Of a DNA stretch of 17,767 nucleotides, positions 15,150-17,767 are shown one piece after another. The position numbers were made by a program, and so were the translations under genes. The number at the start of each line of letters is the position of its first letter. Position 1 is the first letter of the stretch. Origin of the DNA: Thermotogota bacterium (lineage in GTDB: Bacteria > Bipolaricaulota > Bipolaricaulia > UBA7950 > UBA9294); contig JBDKUT010000001.1 in NCBI GenBank assembly GCA_039679545.1, forward strand, positions 1-17,767. The letters run 5' to 3'. The notes under the pieces are model-generated. The model did not search any database and was not told where the DNA came from. It saw only the letters and a list, made by a program, of their open reading frames with translations.

Positions 15150-15187
15150 TTGCATAGTGGCACGCACCGTGTTACTGATGCAACACG
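15150..15187 (+). promoter_or_regulatory. Putative promoter (TTGCAT-N17-TACTGA, TG extension) overlapped by palindrome CGTGTTAC-TGAT-GCAACACG
   Basis: -35 at 15150-15155; weak -10 at 15173-15178; palindrome 15168-15187 has the same arms as 6897-6914. Confidence 0.5.
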
Positions 15188-15199
15188 ATGGAGGTCGAC

Positions 15200-15262
15200 A
15201 TGCTGGTCTTGGTGGTGTTGGGTCTGTTCTGGGGTACGTGGTGGCTCGCCCGGAAGGCGTAG
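15200..15262 (+). CDS. Putative 20-aa hydrophobic peptide MLVLVVLGLFWGTWWLARKA
   Basis: GGAGG (15190-15194) 5 nt before ATG; single TM-like helix with a basic tail; below the ORF-track cutoff. Confidence 0.45.
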   Translation: MLVLVVLGLFWGTWWLARKA

Positions 15263-15287
15263 CACGCACGCAACACGAAGGAGGAAG

Positions 15288-15806
15288 ATGGACATGGGAA
15301 ACGACGGACGAGGGAAGGACGATCTGGGGATGCCGAAGGAGGAGCGGATCGGTGAGGCGCCGGCCGCCGTGCCGCTGACCCGCGAGTTTCCGCCGACGGA
15401 CGCCGAGCTCGACCTGCTCGACAAGCTCCGCCGCGCGGAGCACACGGGGATCGACTCCCTGATGCTGGCCGTGATGAACGGCCGCGACATCGCCAAGCCG
15501 TTCGTGATCAACGCCTGCCTGGACCTGATCCAGCACGTGCGGAGGCTCGAGCAGCAGGCTGGCGCGGTCTCCCAGAACGCGAGCCGGCAGATCGCCGCCA
15601 CCACCGAGCGGATCGCCAAGCTCGAGAAGGCGGCCGACGAGGAGTTCGAGGATCTCCACCGCTCGGACCGCGACGTGCGCAAGATCCTCTCCGATACGAT
15701 CCAGTGGCTCGGCCTCGCCTGGTCCAAGCGCACCCGCTCGAGCCTGCCGAAGATGCCGGAGCAGAACGCGGAGACGAAGGCGGGTGCCCCCGGGGGTGCC
15801 CCGTGA
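15288..15806 (+). CDS. Hypothetical coiled-coil protein
   Basis: AAGGAGGAAG RBS, ATG at 15288 (or 15294); GTGA overlap with the next gene. Confidence 0.72.
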   Translation: MDMGNDGRGKDDLGMPKEERIGEAPAAVPLTREFPPTDAELDLLDKLRRAEHTGIDSLMLAVMNGRDIAKPFVINACLDLIQHVRRLEQQAGAVSQNASRQIAATTERIAKLEKAADEEFEDLHRSDRDVRKILSDTIQWLGLAWSKRTRSSLPKMPEQNAETKAGAPGGAP

Positions 15807-16030
15807 ACCTCTCCGATCTGACCCAGGAGCAGCGCGCCCAGGCCGCCGCTGCCGTGGAGTCGATCCCGCGCAACGTGTTCGACCGCGCGATCGAGCTCTG
15901 CGGCCAGATCGCCAAGGCGTTCGAGGTCGCCCGCGACACCTCGACCAACGAGCAGCGGCTCGAGGCGATCGCCAACGCCGTGACCCCGCTCGAGGAGCTC
16001 GGCCGGCTGTTCGGAGGGGGTCCGTCGTGA
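15803..16030 (+). CDS. Hypothetical protein (75 aa)
   Basis: GTGA overlaps at both ends; helical composition. Confidence 0.68.
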   Translation: MNLSDLTQEQRAQAAAAVESIPRNVFDRAIELCGQIAKAFEVARDTSTNEQRLEAIANAVTPLEELGRLFGGGPS

Positions 16031-16812
16031 AGGAAGTTCTGCACACCAGGATCGCGGAAGAGGTCGCCCGCTGGCTCGGCTGGCCCGACTCCTCCGCGGT
16101 AGGGAAGGGCGCCGCTGCCCCGGACCAGATCGAAATCTTCACGGTCCCCGGAATCGGCGCCCGATTCGCCGGCTGCAACGTGTCGTGCATGACGCACTTC
16201 GCCGGCTACAACCTCAACATGGACGCCAGCCTTCGGCTCGAGTTGCCGAACGTCGACATCCGCTACATCGCCGGCGCCTGGCCTGACATCCCGATCGGCA
16301 TGGAGCACCAGGAGCCGCTTTTCCAGCTGCTCAACGTGCAGGGCTACACCAAGGCCTTCGACGAGATCACCTATCCGTCGGCGTGGTCGTACGCCGACTG
16401 GCTCGAGGCCTGTTTCATCCGTGCGTGCGAGAGCACCTACGATGCAACCGACGCCAGGCAGCGCGATCGGCGCCTCGGAACGATCGCCGGTTACGCGCTG
16501 CACTACGTGCAGGACATGTGCGTGCCGCACCACCGGCACAACGTCATGCTCGCGGGGCACTCCTCGTTCGAGGCGCAGTGCCTCGAGCGGTGGGAGGCGA
16601 TGCCAGCTTCGGAGCGGGCCCTCTGGGTCAACGACGAGTGCGGCAACGCCGCCCGGTGGTCCGCCCGAGGAGCCGCGCAGGGGTGCATGGTCCAGTCCGG
16701 CAAGCTGCCGTCGCGCTGGGCCTGCCGTCGCCGGAAGGACGTCGACCACGCCATCAAGCAGTGCGTGCGCGTGACCGCCGGCGTGCTCAAGCAGTTGAAG
16801 GAGTACCTGTGA
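16027..16812 (+). CDS. Zinc-dependent phospholipase C / S1-P1 nuclease superfamily protein
   Basis: N-terminal H (LHTRIA), GAAAPD, THF, GYALHYVQDMCVPHH, HSSFE: tri-zinc ligand pattern; no signal peptide. Confidence 0.75.
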   Translation: MKEVLHTRIAEEVARWLGWPDSSAVGKGAAAPDQIEIFTVPGIGARFAGCNVSCMTHFAGYNLNMDASLRLELPNVDIRYIAGAWPDIPIGMEHQEPLFQLLNVQGYTKAFDEITYPSAWSYADWLEACFIRACESTYDATDARQRDRRLGTIAGYALHYVQDMCVPHHRHNVMLAGHSSFEAQCLERWEAMPASERALWVNDECGNAARWSARGAAQGCMVQSGKLPSRWACRRRKDVDHAIKQCVRVTAGVLKQLKEYL

Positions 16813-17456
16813 TGATCGCGATCCTGGTCGCGTGGATGGTGCTGATCGGCCTGCCGCCGTTTTCCGCGGAGGACGCGGCGGAGGTCGCCGGCGCCGAGTG
16901 CAGGCTCGGGTGCATCGTCGGCGAGGACGGCTGGGTCAGCGAGCTCGACCGTCGCGACGTCGAGTGGCTCGCCCGTGCCGTCGAGTGCGAGGCTGGCGTG
17001 TACGGGGAATGGGAGCAGTCGGCCGTGGCGTGGGCCCTCGCGCAACAGCTGTACCAGTGGCATCGTCGAAGCACCAGCAACCCGTCGCTCGCGACCGTCG
17101 TGCAGTCCTACTCGTCGTGCTGCAGCCAGAAGTGGGCGACGGGTGGCAGCGCGTACAACGAGAGGATCACTGCCCGCGCCGACTACTACCGCAACCTCGA
17201 TTGGGGCGACATCCCGGCGAGGAGCCGGGTGTTCACCGTCAACTGGATCGAGGGGCGATACCCCAACGAGACGCCCGGCATCGTCTGGTGGCTCGCCCAC
17301 GGGTTCGAGAAGCACGCGCCGCGGGAGACGATCGGCCCGTTCTACGTCGAGGGCCCCGAGAACCGCGGCAACGTGTACTTCAAGATCAAGCCGACGGTGT
17401 TCTGGAAGACGTGGACCGTGCGGCTGGTGCCAGCAACACAGGAGGTGACGTTGTGA
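16812..17456 (+). CDS. SleB/Hydrolase_2-like cell wall hydrolase with N-terminal hydrophobic signal/anchor
   Basis: DVEWLARAVECEAG...EQSAVAW...PSLATVVQ matches SleB LAR.V..EA.GE...Q.AVA...P.TI..VV.Q; N-terminus MIAILVAWMVLIGLPP. Confidence 0.6.
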   Translation: MIAILVAWMVLIGLPPFSAEDAAEVAGAECRLGCIVGEDGWVSELDRRDVEWLARAVECEAGVYGEWEQSAVAWALAQQLYQWHRRSTSNPSLATVVQSYSSCCSQKWATGGSAYNERITARADYYRNLDWGDIPARSRVFTVNWIEGRYPNETPGIVWWLAHGFEKHAPRETIGPFYVEGPENRGNVYFKIKPTVFWKTWTVRLVPATQEVTL

Positions 17457-17674
17457 AGGTTGCAATCCTCGTGCTCGTCGTCCTGTTCAGCGCGACGGGA
17501 TGCTGGCCGCAGAAGGAGTCGTACACCGCATGCTGCGGGACATGCCAGAATCTCGCCGCGATCTGCACCCAGGGCGCCTCGACCTACCGCGACGCCGATC
17601 CGGCTGTCGCCATCGCAGCGTCGAAGGAGTGCATGCTCTCCTACGCGGAGTGCAGGGGAGCGTGCCAGCCGTGA
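17453..17674 (+). CDS. Small Cys-rich lipoprotein (73 aa)
   Basis: (M)KVAILVLVVLFSATG-C lipobox; 7 further Cys; AGGAGG RBS; GTGA overlap. Confidence 0.72.
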   Translation: MKVAILVLVVLFSATGCWPQKESYTACCGTCQNLAAICTQGASTYRDADPAVAIAASKECMLSYAECRGACQP

Positions 17675-17767
17675 CCGCGCGTCGTACCACCAGCGTCCGC
17701 TACCCCGACGAGATCCTCGCGCGATCCGAGCGGCTCGCCGAGGTCTACCGATCCAACCGGCCGGCGT
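17671..17767 (+). CDS. Possible ribbon-helix-helix DNA-binding protein, 5' part (runs off the window)
   Basis: GTGA overlap; (M)TARRTTSVRYPDEILARSERLAEVY resembles a CopG/Arc beta-strand plus helix. Confidence 0.45.
   Translation, partial: MTARRTTSVRYPDEILARSERLAEVYRSNRPA

Larger units (their letters stand above)
1..17767. mobile_element. Phage/prophage-like element (replication, recombination, integrase and accessory modules)
   Basis: cro-initiator-dnaB operon divergent from exonuclease-recT, amidase, tyrosine recombinase and dense overlapping small ORFs; no host housekeeping genes; boundaries lie outside the window. Confidence 0.82.

Overview
High-GC window from a phage, prophage or phage-like mobile element; no virion structural genes, rRNA, tRNA or CRISPR array are visible. 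Leftward from ~2377 (- strand): Cro-like HTH, replication initiator with an (SA)n linker, small Zn-finger genes and the 5' end of a DnaB helicase. Rightward from ~2459: PD-(D/E)XK (Cas4/AddB-like) exonuclease, RecT with a long C-terminal extension, LITAF-like Zn/membrane protein and an Amidase_2 peptidoglycan amidase. A tyrosine recombinase follows, then an AT-richer control region (sigma70-like promoter, GTGTTAC repeats). After it comes an ~8 kb co-oriented accessory array whose intergenic gaps are filled by long interrupted hairpins. This array holds a Ycf46-like AAA+ ATPase with Walker B placed before Walker A (internal segment swap), followed by DUF1257/Ycf35-like, DUF2997-like and DUF3150-like genes. 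The right end encodes a Zn-dependent phospholipase C/P1-nuclease-like protein, a SleB-like cell wall hydrolase, a Cys-rich lipoprotein and a truncated RHH-like gene. All family assignments are by motif recognition by eye, not database search.
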